A DNA stretch of 54,487 bases from Parcubacteria group bacterium Gr01-1014_29 (GCA_007376195.1 VMFT01000001.1:1-54487), one strand, 5' to 3'; positions 39,816 through 49,299 are shown, numbered from the stretch's first letter. Made by a program: numbers and translations. Notes: a model not told the origin generated them from the sequence alone.

Positions 39816-39986
39816 TTAGTCTCTCTCAAACCAGGGCGGCCTTTTCATGGTTCCGCGTTTTCCACTGGGCATGTCTTTCTCTAAAACGCGTATTCCAGGG
39901 GGAGGCCGGTATGGTTTCGTTTCGGGGAACAACTCCGGATGTTCCCCAAGAATTTTTTGAGCTGTATCCACAATCAACCCCACCAC
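39816..39986 (-). CDS. Small hypothetical protein or frameshifted remnant (56 aa)
   Basis: Open frame VVGLIVDTAQKILGEHPELF...PPWFERD ending just before the terminator; start uncertain. Confidence 0.35.
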   Translation of the reverse strand: MVGLIVDTAQKILGEHPELFPETKPYRPPPGIRVLEKDMPSGKRGTMKRPPWFERD

Positions 39987-40107
39987 TTCATCAGGTTCCG
40001 AGGAAACGATGGGAATAGTAAATGGGGAAAATCATTGTTTTACAATGTTTTTTATCACATGGAGAAATTTTTTCTTTGAGTAATAAATAGAGCAATATTT
40101 ATAGAAC

Positions 40108-40170
40108 ATGCCGAGCCAAGCTATCCACAATTCCGGTTGCACCGGAATGTGTAGAGCTCGACTAGTCACA
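40108..40170 (+). repeat. REP-like unit, third copy
   Basis: tgccgagccaagctatc...ttccggttgcaccggaa...tagagctcgactagtcaca aligns with 25791-25845. Confidence 0.85.
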
Positions 40171-40199
40171 TTCTCACATGAGCGGAAAAATCTGCGTCT

Positions 40200-40580
40200 C
40201 TATGACTTAACCTTTTTCGCTATCCGTTCTAACTGCTTATCAAAGGTAATAAGCGGCACATCAAGTTTATTGGAGAGAAAAATGAGCGCTGTGTCTACAA
40301 ATGATATCTTCTCCGGAATTGTTATATAAAAGTCCATCTCATCAAGCGCGTTATTGTTAATAATATTGAGATCACGATTATCCTGCGCATACGCAATGAA
40401 GTTATCTGCAAGTCGCTTGGAATGTTTGTAGGCCAGTACTGTCAAAACTTCAGCAATGACACAATACGGCAGGTAAATCGTGCCAGAGAGTTTCTGAAGT
40501 GTTTGTTCGGCTTTCCGGTGTTGGGTGTCGAAATCAAGAAAAAGAGCAACCCAGACCGAGCTATCAACGAGGTGCGCCAT
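40200..40580 (-). CDS. vapC: PIN-domain toxin (VapC family)
   Basis: VDSSVWVA, D..H, E, SFVD, LITFD. Confidence 0.9.
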   Translation of the reverse strand: MAHLVDSSVWVALFLDFDTQHRKAEQTLQKLSGTIYLPYCVIAEVLTVLAYKHSKRLADNFIAYAQDNRDLNIINNNALDEMDFYITIPEKISFVDTALIFLSNKLDVPLITFDKQLERIAKKVKS

Positions 40581-40821
40581 ACAAGATGTGATCTATAGCA
40601 CCGCTTATGTTTTCTTTTTTATGGCTGATAGGGATGAGATACTGCCTCCAGTCGTTTTTGTGTATGGGACGATCCTGCGGCTTTTGCCGGCGAATAATGA
40701 TCGCGGCTTTATCCTCGTGTACCACAATATCACTTCCTTCTTTCAAGGCAAGACGCTGTATCATCTCTTTGGGGATTCTGACCGCAAGGCTGTTTCCCCA
40801 TTTTTGAACTTTGGTGGTCAT
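40564..40821 (-). CDS. AbrB/MazE-family antitoxin
   Basis: TKVQKWGNSLAVRIPK; overlaps the PIN gene. Confidence 0.92.
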   Translation of the reverse strand: MTTKVQKWGNSLAVRIPKEMIQRLALKEGSDIVVHEDKAAIIIRRQKPQDRPIHKNDWRQYLIPISHKKENISGAIDHILYGAPR

Positions 40822-40841
40822 GGAAATAGATTGATATGCAG

Positions 40842-40877
40842 ATACAATAAGTATATACATTGTACGGGGGGTGTCAA
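40842..40877 (-). promoter_or_regulatory. Toxin-antitoxin promoter with operator palindrome
   Basis: TTGACA and TATACT boxes with the inverted repeat TACAAT-N10-ATTGTA across the -10. Confidence 0.65.
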
Positions 40878-40917
40878 ATGCTCGCTACGCGCGAGCTTGC
40901 CATCGCGTATTTGACCC

Positions 40918-42375
40918 TTACCTCGGCCGCATCAGAGGAAAAATCTGCGTCTCGCGGACGGGCGTTCCCCACAGAACGCTAAACAACCGCTCGCTCACGC
41001 CAAACCCGCACGTGGGCGGCATGCCGTATTCCAGCGCTTCAATAAAATCATAATCGGTCATCTGCGCTTCTTGGTCCCCCGCCTCACGCATCCGTTGCTG
41101 CTCTTCAAATCGCTCCCGTTGGTCAATAGGATCATTCAACTCGCTGTATCCCTTGCCCATTTCGGATCCTGCAAGAATAACCTGAAACCGCTCAACAACA
41201 TGGGGATTATCATGTTTGCGTTTCGCCAATGGTTCCAGATACACCGGCGCATGAACCAAAAAGCCGGGACCCGCAATATCTTTGCGGCAGTACTTCCACA
41301 ACGCATCTACCGCGCGGGCCACATTGCTCTGCCGCTTGTCATATTCCACCCGCAACTCTAAAAGTTTTTTTTCAATTTCCGGAACATCAGCCTGGAATAC
41401 GTCAATGCCTGTTTTTTCTTTGATAAGCTCTTGAAAATCATACTGTTCCCATTGCTTGCCCAAATTAAACGAATGCGCGCTGGACGTAAACTGCAGTGTA
41501 CCGAATGTTTCTACAGCTACCTGTTTGTATAATTCTTCAACAAGCTTCATACCATTCGTGTAGTTCGCAAACGCCCAGTAAAATTCCATCTGGGTATAAT
41601 CCTGCAGGTGTTCCGCTGACATTCCTTCATTGCGAAAAATCCGCCCGATCTCAAAAACTTTTGGAAAACCGGCAATCATGAGACGCTTCTGCCATAATTC
41701 ACCGCACGAAATCCGCAGATACACGTCAATATCAAGAGCGTTGTGGTGAGTTATAAACGGGCGGGCATCAGCTCCCCCCGTGGTGGTTTCCAAAACCGGC
41801 GTCTCCACTTCTAAAAATCCGCGTGTCCGCAGAAAACCGCGCATGCTCTCCCAAAACCGAGCGCGGTGTTCTATCATGCTTCGCACGCGCGGGTTAAATA
41901 AAATATCAAGATAGCGCTTTCGATAGCGCTCGTCGGCATCGGTAAGCCCGTGCCATTTTTCCGGAAGCGGCAGAAGTGTTTTTGCGAGCATTCGCCATGT
42001 TGCCGCCTCCAGCGTCTTTTCATCTTTTTTGGTTACAAACAAGCGCCCCGATGCCTCAATAATATCTCCCACATCTGCTGTTTCTGAAAAAAGATCAAAC
42101 GCATGCTCCCCGACAACATCTTTTTTGAGATACGCTTGTATTGCGCCCGTGCCATCCTCCACATCAATAAATAAAGATGCGCCGTGAACGCGCAGAGCCC
42201 GGATGCGCCCGGCGAGCGCGACGGGTACATTCGACTCTGCCAGCGAAGCAAATGAAGAAAGCGCATCCGCAATAGTATGCGTGCGTTTTGTATCGGCCGG
42301 ATAGGGATCCATACCGTGTTCTCGCAATACTGCAAGCTTACGGAGCCGAGTTGTACGGATTTCTTCTAGAGACAT
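40918..42375 (-). CDS. lysS: Lysine--tRNA ligase (class II)
   Basis: LPLPEKWHGL, YRKRYLD, GGADARPF, FRNEG, YSELNDP, YGMPP. Confidence 0.98.
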   Translation of the reverse strand: MSLEEIRTTRLRKLAVLREHGMDPYPADTKRTHTIADALSSFASLAESNVPVALAGRIRALRVHGASLFIDVEDGTGAIQAYLKKDVVGEHAFDLFSETADVGDIIEASGRLFVTKKDEKTLEAATWRMLAKTLLPLPEKWHGLTDADERYRKRYLDILFNPRVRSMIEHRARFWESMRGFLRTRGFLEVETPVLETTTGGADARPFITHHNALDIDVYLRISCGELWQKRLMIAGFPKVFEIGRIFRNEGMSAEHLQDYTQMEFYWAFANYTNGMKLVEELYKQVAVETFGTLQFTSSAHSFNLGKQWEQYDFQELIKEKTGIDVFQADVPEIEKKLLELRVEYDKRQSNVARAVDALWKYCRKDIAGPGFLVHAPVYLEPLAKRKHDNPHVVERFQVILAGSEMGKGYSELNDPIDQRERFEEQQRMREAGDQEAQMTDYDFIEALEYGMPPTCGFGVSERLFSVLWGTPVRETQIFPLMRPR

Positions 42376-42380
42376 TTTGA

Positions 42381-42473
42381 TTAGGCCTTAGGCACTAGGC
42401 CTTAGGCACTAGGCCTTAGGCACTAGGTACGAAAACCCTCCTAAAGCCTAACGCCTAACACCCTAGAGCCTAG
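42381..42473. repeat. Heptamer inverted array (TAGG/CCTA family)
   Basis: (taggcct taggcac)x3 then cctaaag/cctaacg/cctaaca/ccctaga/gcctag; fills the greA-lysS spacer. Confidence 0.85.
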
Positions 42474-43048
42474 TTAATTTCCAGTATAACATATTCCATC
42501 TCGCCGCGCGGTGTATTAACAACTACTTTTTCCCCTTTCCTCCGGCCAAAAAAAGCGCGGCCGAGAGGCGACTCGTGTGATATGAATCCTTGCAACGGAG
42601 CGGCTTCTTCAGACGACCCCACAATAGTATACGATTCTACGATATGGGCAGTAGCGCCTCTTCCTACCGATATGATAGATCCGATACCCACCGCTGTTAC
42701 CGAGTCATTTTTTTCCATAATAAAGGCCCGGTTTAATAGCCGCTCAAGCTCGCCGATTCTCATTTCGTTGAGCATCTGCTCTTCTTTGGCGGCATCAAAC
42801 TCCGCGTTCTCGGAAAGATCTCCTAAACTCTTCGCGTACTCCAAACGTTCCGCGATACGTATGCGTTCGCGCGTTTTTAAAATTTCGAGCTCCGCGTTAA
42901 GTTTCGCGAAACCTCCCTTGCTAATATACTCAATATCTCCGAGAGTATCTTGCAGAGGGGCATGTTCTTCTTCTCCAGAGACTTCTTCTAGTATAGGCGG
43001 CATCTCATCACCTGCCGGAGTCGCCTCCTCTGTGTCCTGATATTCCAT
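42470..43048 (-). CDS. greA: Transcription elongation factor GreA with acidic N-terminal extension
   Basis: GDLSENAEFDAAKEEQ, ISHESPLG. Confidence 0.96.
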   Translation of the reverse strand: MEYQDTEEATPAGDEMPPILEEVSGEEEHAPLQDTLGDIEYISKGGFAKLNAELEILKTRERIRIAERLEYAKSLGDLSENAEFDAAKEEQMLNEMRIGELERLLNRAFIMEKNDSVTAVGIGSIISVGRGATAHIVESYTIVGSSEEAAPLQGFISHESPLGRAFFGRRKGEKVVVNTPRGEMEYVILEIN

Positions 43049-43096
43049 AATTACTATGCTACTGGGTAACAACTTAACATCCTATATAGTCCTCTA

Positions 43097-45019
43097 TTAT
43101 TTGTCAATAATAACAGATCTCCCCTTATCCGCATACCATCGTAAAATATCATGCGCAACGGCGGTTGCGCCGACAAGATTCTTCGCCGACCCATTCTCAA
43201 GATTGACAACCAGTACAAGCTCTGGATTTTCATTCCAAGGCAAAAACCCCATAAACCATGAATGCACGCGGCCTGTTTTGCCTATTTCGGCTGTCCCGGT
43301 TTTTCCCGCAACAGGAATCGATATATCCGCAACGCCCATAGCGGTACCTTCGCGCACCGCTTGACGCATGCCTTCGCGCGCAATCGCGAGCGATGTATCG
43401 CTTAGCGGTACGCGCGTAACCGCATCACTTCCATCGGCTGATATCGTTCCGGCCAAACGCGGCTGCAATACTTTGCCGCCGTTTGCAAGCGCAAGCACTG
43501 CCCGCGCCATCTGCAATGGTGTTGCAAGCATACCCCCTTGTCCAATACTCATATTATATGTATCCCCCACGCGCCACAGCGGATCTTCCGGGTAGCGTTC
43601 AGCTTTCCACTGCTTGGTAGGTATATTGCCATCCTTTTCGCCCACAAAATCTATGCCGGTACGCGATCCGATTCCAAAACTTGTAAGAGCCGACCGTATA
43701 CGTTCCGGACCAAGCCCTTCTTGATTCTTGTATCCACCGCCAATGATATAAAAATACACATCAGAGGAAACTGCTATTGCGCGAACCATATCCACCGCGC
43801 CGTGATTTTTCCAGTCGTTAAAAATACTTGGTTTATCAGGATTGTAAGGATTCGGCACCACTAACCGTCCTTCTGTATATATGATGGTATTGGCTTCGAT
43901 AATTCCCTCTTCCATGGCTGCTGCCGCAAGAAACGGCTTTATAATTGAACCGGGAGAATACACTCCCGCCAAGGGCCGAAAAAATAACGGATGACGGGTA
44001 TCAGCAAGAGTTTGAGAAACAATATCCGCGGGAGTTCCTCGGCTAAGCGCGTTCGCGTCAAACCCCGGGTAACTTACCAGGCTCAATACCTCGCCGGTTC
44101 TCGCATCAAGAGCTACCACAGACCCTCCGGTAAAACCACGTTCTTCCACTATTTTTTGCAGCGCCTCATAGGCAACTTTCTGCAACGCTGCCCAAATGCT
44201 GAGTGTTATGTTCTCCCCCTGTTCTTCCGGTTCATAAATTCCTTCAGAAATTACAATGCCCTGGGAATCCGTCTCGACTATTTTTACGCCGAGCACACCG
44301 CGCAGCGCTTTATCGTATGTGCGTTCGATGCCTGATCGCCCAAGCTCGCCCCATAAAAGAGCGCCTGTATCATTTTCTACGTCTTCCTTCGTAACACGGC
44401 TCACATACCCCACAACATGCGACAGCGCCGGGTGCTCCACATATGCCCGCAGCGGCGTCGGTTCAACACGTATGGCAGATATATCTTTGAACTGCGTAAT
44501 AATGCGATTGGCAACATCCCATTCACGGACAAGATCCACCACGATTTCTCTACCCTTCCCTTGTTGATCAATTAGAAATTGTAGTTCTGAAGGCTCCCGA
44601 TGTAAAATATCGGCCAATTCAGCTATAAACGGTCGCAGATACGCTGGGTCTGTCTCACGGGAATCCACAACGACACGGAATCCAGGAATATTAAATGCGA
44701 GGAGTTCACCAAATCGGTCATATATTACGGCGCGTTCGGGAACTATGGTACTGCGCAGCAAGCTGTTTTCTTCAGCACGCGCGCCATATATACCGCCTTT
44801 CACAAGCGTAAGATATGCCGCGCGCCCCGAGAGAAATAAACCCGTAAGCAGAAAGAAACCGCCGAGCAACAAAAAAACAATAATTCCCAACGGCTGTTCC
44901 AACACGCCTTCAAAGCGGCCCCTGTCGAATCCGGGAAGGTTCTGTGTATCCATAAACGTCTCCTCCGGATTTACAGTTCGTCTTACACGGTTCGTTTTTT
45001 TTAACAACGCGTTTTTCAT
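43097..45019 (-). CDS. mrdA: Penicillin-binding protein 2
   Basis: RAVIYDR, SIIK, SSD, KTGT; downstream of mreBCD. Confidence 0.93.
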   Translation of the reverse strand: MKNALLKKTNRVRRTVNPEETFMDTQNLPGFDRGRFEGVLEQPLGIIVFLLLGGFFLLTGLFLSGRAAYLTLVKGGIYGARAEENSLLRSTIVPERAVIYDRFGELLAFNIPGFRVVVDSRETDPAYLRPFIAELADILHREPSELQFLIDQQGKGREIVVDLVREWDVANRIITQFKDISAIRVEPTPLRAYVEHPALSHVVGYVSRVTKEDVENDTGALLWGELGRSGIERTYDKALRGVLGVKIVETDSQGIVISEGIYEPEEQGENITLSIWAALQKVAYEALQKIVEERGFTGGSVVALDARTGEVLSLVSYPGFDANALSRGTPADIVSQTLADTRHPLFFRPLAGVYSPGSIIKPFLAAAAMEEGIIEANTIIYTEGRLVVPNPYNPDKPSIFNDWKNHGAVDMVRAIAVSSDVYFYIIGGGYKNQEGLGPERIRSALTSFGIGSRTGIDFVGEKDGNIPTKQWKAERYPEDPLWRVGDTYNMSIGQGGMLATPLQMARAVLALANGGKVLQPRLAGTISADGSDAVTRVPLSDTSLAIAREGMRQAVREGTAMGVADISIPVAGKTGTAEIGKTGRVHSWFMGFLPWNENPELVLVVNLENGSAKNLVGATAVAHDILRWYADKGRSVIIDK

Positions 45020-45495
45020 ATATGCTTTTTAAAAATTTGCAGACACAACGCGTGCGCAAAAATCATCAAAACTAAAACGATACCAGAAACCATACTATCG
45101 CGTATAAACAGATACATGAGCTCGTCACGGTATCCCATCGCAAAGAAAAAACCACCTTCAACTACCAAAAAAACGCCAAGAAATACTCCTCCCACAATGC
45201 CATGCGCGATCAATTTCTTTTCATCAACGAAACGCATTCCAACACGTGCGCCCACCATGCTAATACCAAAACTTGCCATATATACGCCAAACATCAATGG
45301 TGAAAGGGCGTCTAACATGCCTCCCAGAACAATACCGAGAACGGCCGCGTGCGCCACCGGCAGAAACGTTGAGACATACAACGCGACAGCTGGCAAAAAA
45401 AAGATGCCTGATGAATAAGCAGAGACTACAAATTGCAGAAAGAACGCACCTCCCAACACTCCAAACGCGCCAATTGTTCTAAAAAATAAATTCAT
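45016..45495 (-). CDS. mreD: MreD-like membrane protein
   Basis: About 5 TMs, GGMLD...FG; between mreC and mrdA. Confidence 0.7.
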   Translation of the reverse strand: MNLFFRTIGAFGVLGGAFFLQFVVSAYSSGIFFLPAVALYVSTFLPVAHAAVLGIVLGGMLDALSPLMFGVYMASFGISMVGARVGMRFVDEKKLIAHGIVGGVFLGVFLVVEGGFFFAMGYRDELMYLFIRDSMVSGIVLVLMIFAHALCLQIFKKHI

Positions 45496-45501
45496 GTACC
45501 A

Positions 45502-46275
45502 TCAATTGTTTCGTACAACATATACCAGACGCACGTCACCAAGCAATAATGGGTGACTTGTACGCAACATTTGAAACGGTCCGGCATCCAATTTTTCCAC
45601 TTTCTCGATATAACCGATCAAAAACTCCGGCGGCCCCACGCTGAGCACGGGTTCTCCTTCGCGAACCGGTATGCTTGCCGGTACCTGTATTTTTAAAACA
45701 CCGAGTCCCTCCCCTTCAGCCACAGATGATACCCCTGATTCCGGCATAAACACGCGAATTTTTTCTTTGGGATGAGAAAGCAATCGAACCAACGCACTGT
45801 CCACCCCAACCTGCACAACCGTACCTAGGTGGATTGCTTCACCCGCAACAACTGACATTCCCATCGCTACCGCGGCTTTGGATCCGCCGTCAATCAGCAG
45901 ATAATCATCCAGTGCGGATGGCGAATATGCAATGATGCGCGCGAAAATAAATTGAATATCTTTTGATTCCCGACCAAGTACGCGTTGAAGCTCGTCGTTT
46001 TCCCGCCGCACCTCTTCCAAAAGCGCTACACGCGCTTCTAGAACACTTTTCTCGATCCGCAACTCACGAATCTCTTGGGCTTGATACGGCGCGTTGGTAA
46101 GCGTGCCAAAAACCCAACCAACCTGACGACGTATCGCATCAGCGCTGCGGACTACGGGCTCGACAACATACAGAAACGCGGTATCAACCGGCCGCACCAC
46201 AAACCTTCCGCCCCATACAGCCGCGCCAAACAACACAGCGCCGCCAATCCACTTATGCCACAACTTCAGTTTCAT
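45502..46275 (-). CDS. mreC: Rod shape-determining protein MreC
   Basis: TM, coiled coil ENDELQRVL, LLIDGG, beta-rich C-terminus; ATG 46275 overlapping mreB. Confidence 0.9.
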   Translation of the reverse strand: MKLKLWHKWIGGAVLFGAAVWGGRFVVRPVDTAFLYVVEPVVRSADAIRRQVGWVFGTLTNAPYQAQEIRELRIEKSVLEARVALLEEVRRENDELQRVLGRESKDIQFIFARIIAYSPSALDDYLLIDGGSKAAVAMGMSVVAGEAIHLGTVVQVGVDSALVRLLSHPKEKIRVFMPESGVSSVAEGEGLGVLKIQVPASIPVREGEPVLSVGPPEFLIGYIEKVEKLDAGPFQMLRTSHPLLLGDVRLVYVVRNN

Positions 46276-47302
46276 GTTCCAACAATACGTTACGCAACAT
46301 ATCGAGATCCTCCAGAATAACGCCGGTACCGCGCACAACCGCAACCAGTGGATCATCCGCGATGCGTACAGGCATACGGGTCTCGCGCTCAATTATATTC
46401 GCGAGGCCGCGCAACAGCGCACCGCCGCCAACCAAAACGATACCGCGATGCATGATATCAGCCACAAGCTCGGGAGGTGTATCTTCAATGGTCGCCTTGA
46501 TAGACGTGACAATATGTTTTACCGAACGCATAATTGCTTCGCGTATATCAGCACTTGTTACAATAATCTCGCGCGGTAGACCGGTTATAAGATCGCGCCC
46601 GCGCATAGGAGATTCCAAATCTTCATCTCCCTCCCATACCGATCCTATGGCAATTTTAATGTCTTCGGCAGTACGTTCCCCAATAAGCATTTTTAACTCA
46701 TCGCGCGCAAAGTGAATGATATCATGGTTGAGCTTGTCTCCCGCTGTTTTAATGTTACGCGATGCCACAATACCACCCAACGATATGACGGCAATATCAG
46801 TTGTTCCGCCGCCGATATCAACTATCATATTTCCAATCGGCTCCTGTACCGGCATGCGTATGCCAATCGCCCCCGCCATAGGCTCTTCAACTAAATACAC
46901 TTCCCGCGCTCCGGCGCTCACTGCCGCGTCCCGTACGGCCCGGCGCTCTACTTCAGTCGTTGCGGAGGGAATGCCGATCACAACACGAGGACGCGCAAGA
47001 AAACTATACCGTGTGTCATGCACCTTGCGGATAAAATATTTCATCATCTCCTCGGTAACCTCAAAGTCAGAAATCACACCCTCTACCAGCGGGCGTATCG
47101 CCACAATATGCGCTGGCGTGCGGCCCACCATGCGCCGCGCTTCGTTGCCAACTGCGACAACTTGGTTTGTTTTCTGGTTGATGGCAACAACAGATGGTTC
47201 GTTTATCACAACGCCAGCGCCACGCACATACACCAGAGTATTTGCGGTTCCCAGGTCAATGCCAATGTCTTTGGAAAACAATCTGAAAAGTCTGTCGAAC
47301 AT
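46253..47302 (-). CDS. mreB: Actin-like protein MreB
   Basis: GIDLGTANT, EPSVVA, EEPMA, DIGGGTT, GGGALL. Confidence 0.98.
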   Translation of the reverse strand: MFDRLFRLFSKDIGIDLGTANTLVYVRGAGVVINEPSVVAINQKTNQVVAVGNEARRMVGRTPAHIVAIRPLVEGVISDFEVTEEMMKYFIRKVHDTRYSFLARPRVVIGIPSATTEVERRAVRDAAVSAGAREVYLVEEPMAGAIGIRMPVQEPIGNMIVDIGGGTTDIAVISLGGIVASRNIKTAGDKLNHDIIHFARDELKMLIGERTAEDIKIAIGSVWEGDEDLESPMRGRDLITGLPREIIVTSADIREAIMRSVKHIVTSIKATIEDTPPELVADIMHRGIVLVGGGALLRGLANIIERETRMPVRIADDPLVAVVRGTGVILEDLDMLRNVLLEHETEVVA

Positions 47303-47308
47303 ATCGTG

Positions 47309-47425
47309 TGAAATTTTCAATTACCAATTTTCAATTTTCAATCAATATCTCAATGACTCAATTTTCATTGAAAATTATAGAATTGAAAATTTATTGAAAA
47401 TTGAGACTTGAAAATTGGAAATTAT
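47309..47425. repeat. Heptamer inverted array (caatttt/aaaattg) overlapping the proS 3' end
   Basis: Repeated caatttt/caattac then aaaattg units; encodes the ProRS tail NFQFSSLNFQ. Confidence 0.8.
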
Positions 47426-48647
47426 CTAATGGTAATAACTGCATTTTCCCCCCACTGCGCTCTTTAACTTCGACTTGATTCTGTTCCACCGTGCGTTTAC
47501 TAACAACTATCCGCCATGGTATGCCTATCAAATCTGCATCGGCAAATTTTTCTCCGGCGCTCTTATCCTCGCGATCATCATATAACACCTCGATACCCGC
47601 TCTTTCTAACTCTTGAATGATATGTGCGGTCTCTTCTTCCTTACCGTCGAGCACTACCACATGCGCGTCGTAGGGTGCAATAGAAGCAGGCCATATAATA
47701 CCCCTATTGTCAGCAAACACCTCTACAACAGCGCCCATGAGCCGCCCAAGGCCAATGCCATAACTGCCCATTATAACGGGTTTTTCGTTTCCTTCCTCGT
47801 CCCGGAACCGTAACCCCATCGCTTCGGCATACTTTGTGCCAAGCGGAAAAATATTACCAACTTCTATTGATTTTTTTTCCGTCATGGTATCCTTATCCAA
47901 ACCAAGTTGCGCAATGGTCTCATCAGTATATATCTCTTTGTTTATCGCAATCTTTTTTTCTGTATCAATATAAATAGTATCTTCCCCCGACGCGCTCAAT
48001 GTCTGAAATTCATCTGTAAAACCGGTAGTGAACGAGCCTCCTGCCGCGAAGGTGCGGTATGTTAGGGCGCCCAAACCCATGCGTTCAAAAATTTTCATAT
48101 ACGCCTCGGCGCATTGTTCATAAAATTGCTTGAATTCCTCTTCAGAACGGCTAAATGAATAAAGGTCTTTCATCATAAACTCGCGCGTTCGCATAATACC
48201 GCTCTTGGCACGAAGCTCATTACGAAACTTTGTCTGAAACTGATAGATATAAAGAGGCAAATCCTTATAGGAACTCACAAAATGCGTAAGAAGAGCGGTC
48301 AGCGGTTCTTCATGTGTATTTGCAATACCAACTTCCCCGCCACTTGTTAGTTTACTTTTAAACCAATTGTCAACCACCGCGTCATCCCACCGGCCGCTTT
48401 TCTGCCATAGTGCCGGATCCTGAAGTGTGGTAAGAAGCACCTCTTCGGCGCCAAGGGCATTCATTTCTTCCCGAATAATCTCTTCTATGTTTTTAAACAC
48501 GCGAAAGCCAAGGGGTAAATAGGTATATACCCCGGCCATTTCTTTATGAATAAAGCCCGCTTGAATCAGCAGTTGTGCATTACGGCTTTGCTCGTCTTTG
48601 GGCGCCTCCCGCCGAGTTTTTGTGAATAACTGCGACATACGTTGCAT
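47391..48647 (-). CDS. proS: Proline--tRNA ligase (short, no editing domain)
   Basis: THEE, KFRNELR, REFMMKDLYSF, EVGNIF, MGSYGIG, GEKFADADLIG. Confidence 0.97.
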   Translation of the reverse strand: MQRMSQLFTKTRREAPKDEQSRNAQLLIQAGFIHKEMAGVYTYLPLGFRVFKNIEEIIREEMNALGAEEVLLTTLQDPALWQKSGRWDDAVVDNWFKSKLTSGGEVGIANTHEEPLTALLTHFVSSYKDLPLYIYQFQTKFRNELRAKSGIMRTREFMMKDLYSFSRSEEEFKQFYEQCAEAYMKIFERMGLGALTYRTFAAGGSFTTGFTDEFQTLSASGEDTIYIDTEKKIAINKEIYTDETIAQLGLDKDTMTEKKSIEVGNIFPLGTKYAEAMGLRFRDEEGNEKPVIMGSYGIGLGRLMGAVVEVFADNRGIIWPASIAPYDAHVVVLDGKEEETAHIIQELERAGIEVLYDDREDKSAGEKFADADLIGIPWRIVVSKRTVEQNQVEVKERSGGKMQLLPLDNFQFSSLNFQ

Positions 48648-48655
48648 ACGACCCT

Positions 48656-48684
48656 AGTATAGAGAAGAATGAGAATTTAAGCAA
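48656..48684 (-). promoter_or_regulatory. Sigma70 promoter for proS (leaderless)
   Basis: TTGCTT-17-TATACT, 8 nt before ATG. Confidence 0.6.
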
Positions 48685-48719
48685 AAAAGCGGCCCCGTGC
48701 TGGATAACCGCTTAACCTC

Positions 48720-49154
48720 TCACCAATGATGATGCATCCACTTAAGTGCGGCCATAACCGCAACCATCCTGCCTTCTAGCAAATATGCGCGGAGATTCCT
48801 TGGCACCCAAGGCGGAATGGATCTTCCGGATATTTCAGGTAATGAATACCATGGCGGCTCATTTCGGCAGCCGCGAAATTTAGTTGTCTCTTCAAATGTG
48901 TCGTCAGGTTGATACTGGGCCATTTCAAAACACTTATCGACAAGCATGTAGATCCAGTACAATTTGTCATGTACAATATACAGTTCTGGTTCTTTCTGAA
49001 GTTCGGGGTAATTCTTTCGTCGAAATACTTTTCGTATAACGCCGTGTTCTTCAGAAATAATCATACCAAGCTCGGCTATTGAAAAAACCTGCAAAAGAAG
49101 ATATCCAACCCTATAACCTCCCTTCAACGACAAGAACTTTTTTATTTCAAACAT
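48720..49154 (-). CDS. Hypothetical protein (144 aa)
   Basis: ATG 49154 with GGAGG SD and TTGACA-17-TAGCAT promoter (49177-49205). Confidence 0.7.
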   Translation of the reverse strand: MFEIKKFLSLKGGYRVGYLLLQVFSIAELGMIISEEHGVIRKVFRRKNYPELQKEPELYIVHDKLYWIYMLVDKCFEMAQYQPDDTFEETTKFRGCRNEPPWYSLPEISGRSIPPWVPRNLRAYLLEGRMVAVMAALKWMHHHW

Positions 49155-49212
49155 AGTGCCTCCGATCTTTCTCTGAATGCTATAAAAACGTCTCTGCCAT
49201 GTCAATAGCAGG

Positions 49213-49265
49213 AACCGCGGGCCTTTGTAGTTGTATGCCGGCATGTCTACTTCTTCAAGAAAAAT
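49213..49265 (-). pseudogene. 3' fragment of a second DUF1653 gene
   Basis: Encodes FLEEVDMPAYNYKGPRF versus FLEEVDMPEYNYKGPRF in 50102-50350. Confidence 0.8.
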
Positions 49266-49299
49266 CCCACCAAAATATATGCGCAAGAAACAAAACATT

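Noticed and set aside
46716-47411. Long antisense ORFs opposite mreB (also opposite the ATPase, recR, greA and the kinase)
   Set aside because: Shadow frames of conserved genes with no motifs or start signals
49155-49298. DUF1653-like N-terminal fusion on the 192-aa ORF
   Set aside because: Promoter and SD point to ATG 49154; the upstream part is a gene remnant that happens to be in frame
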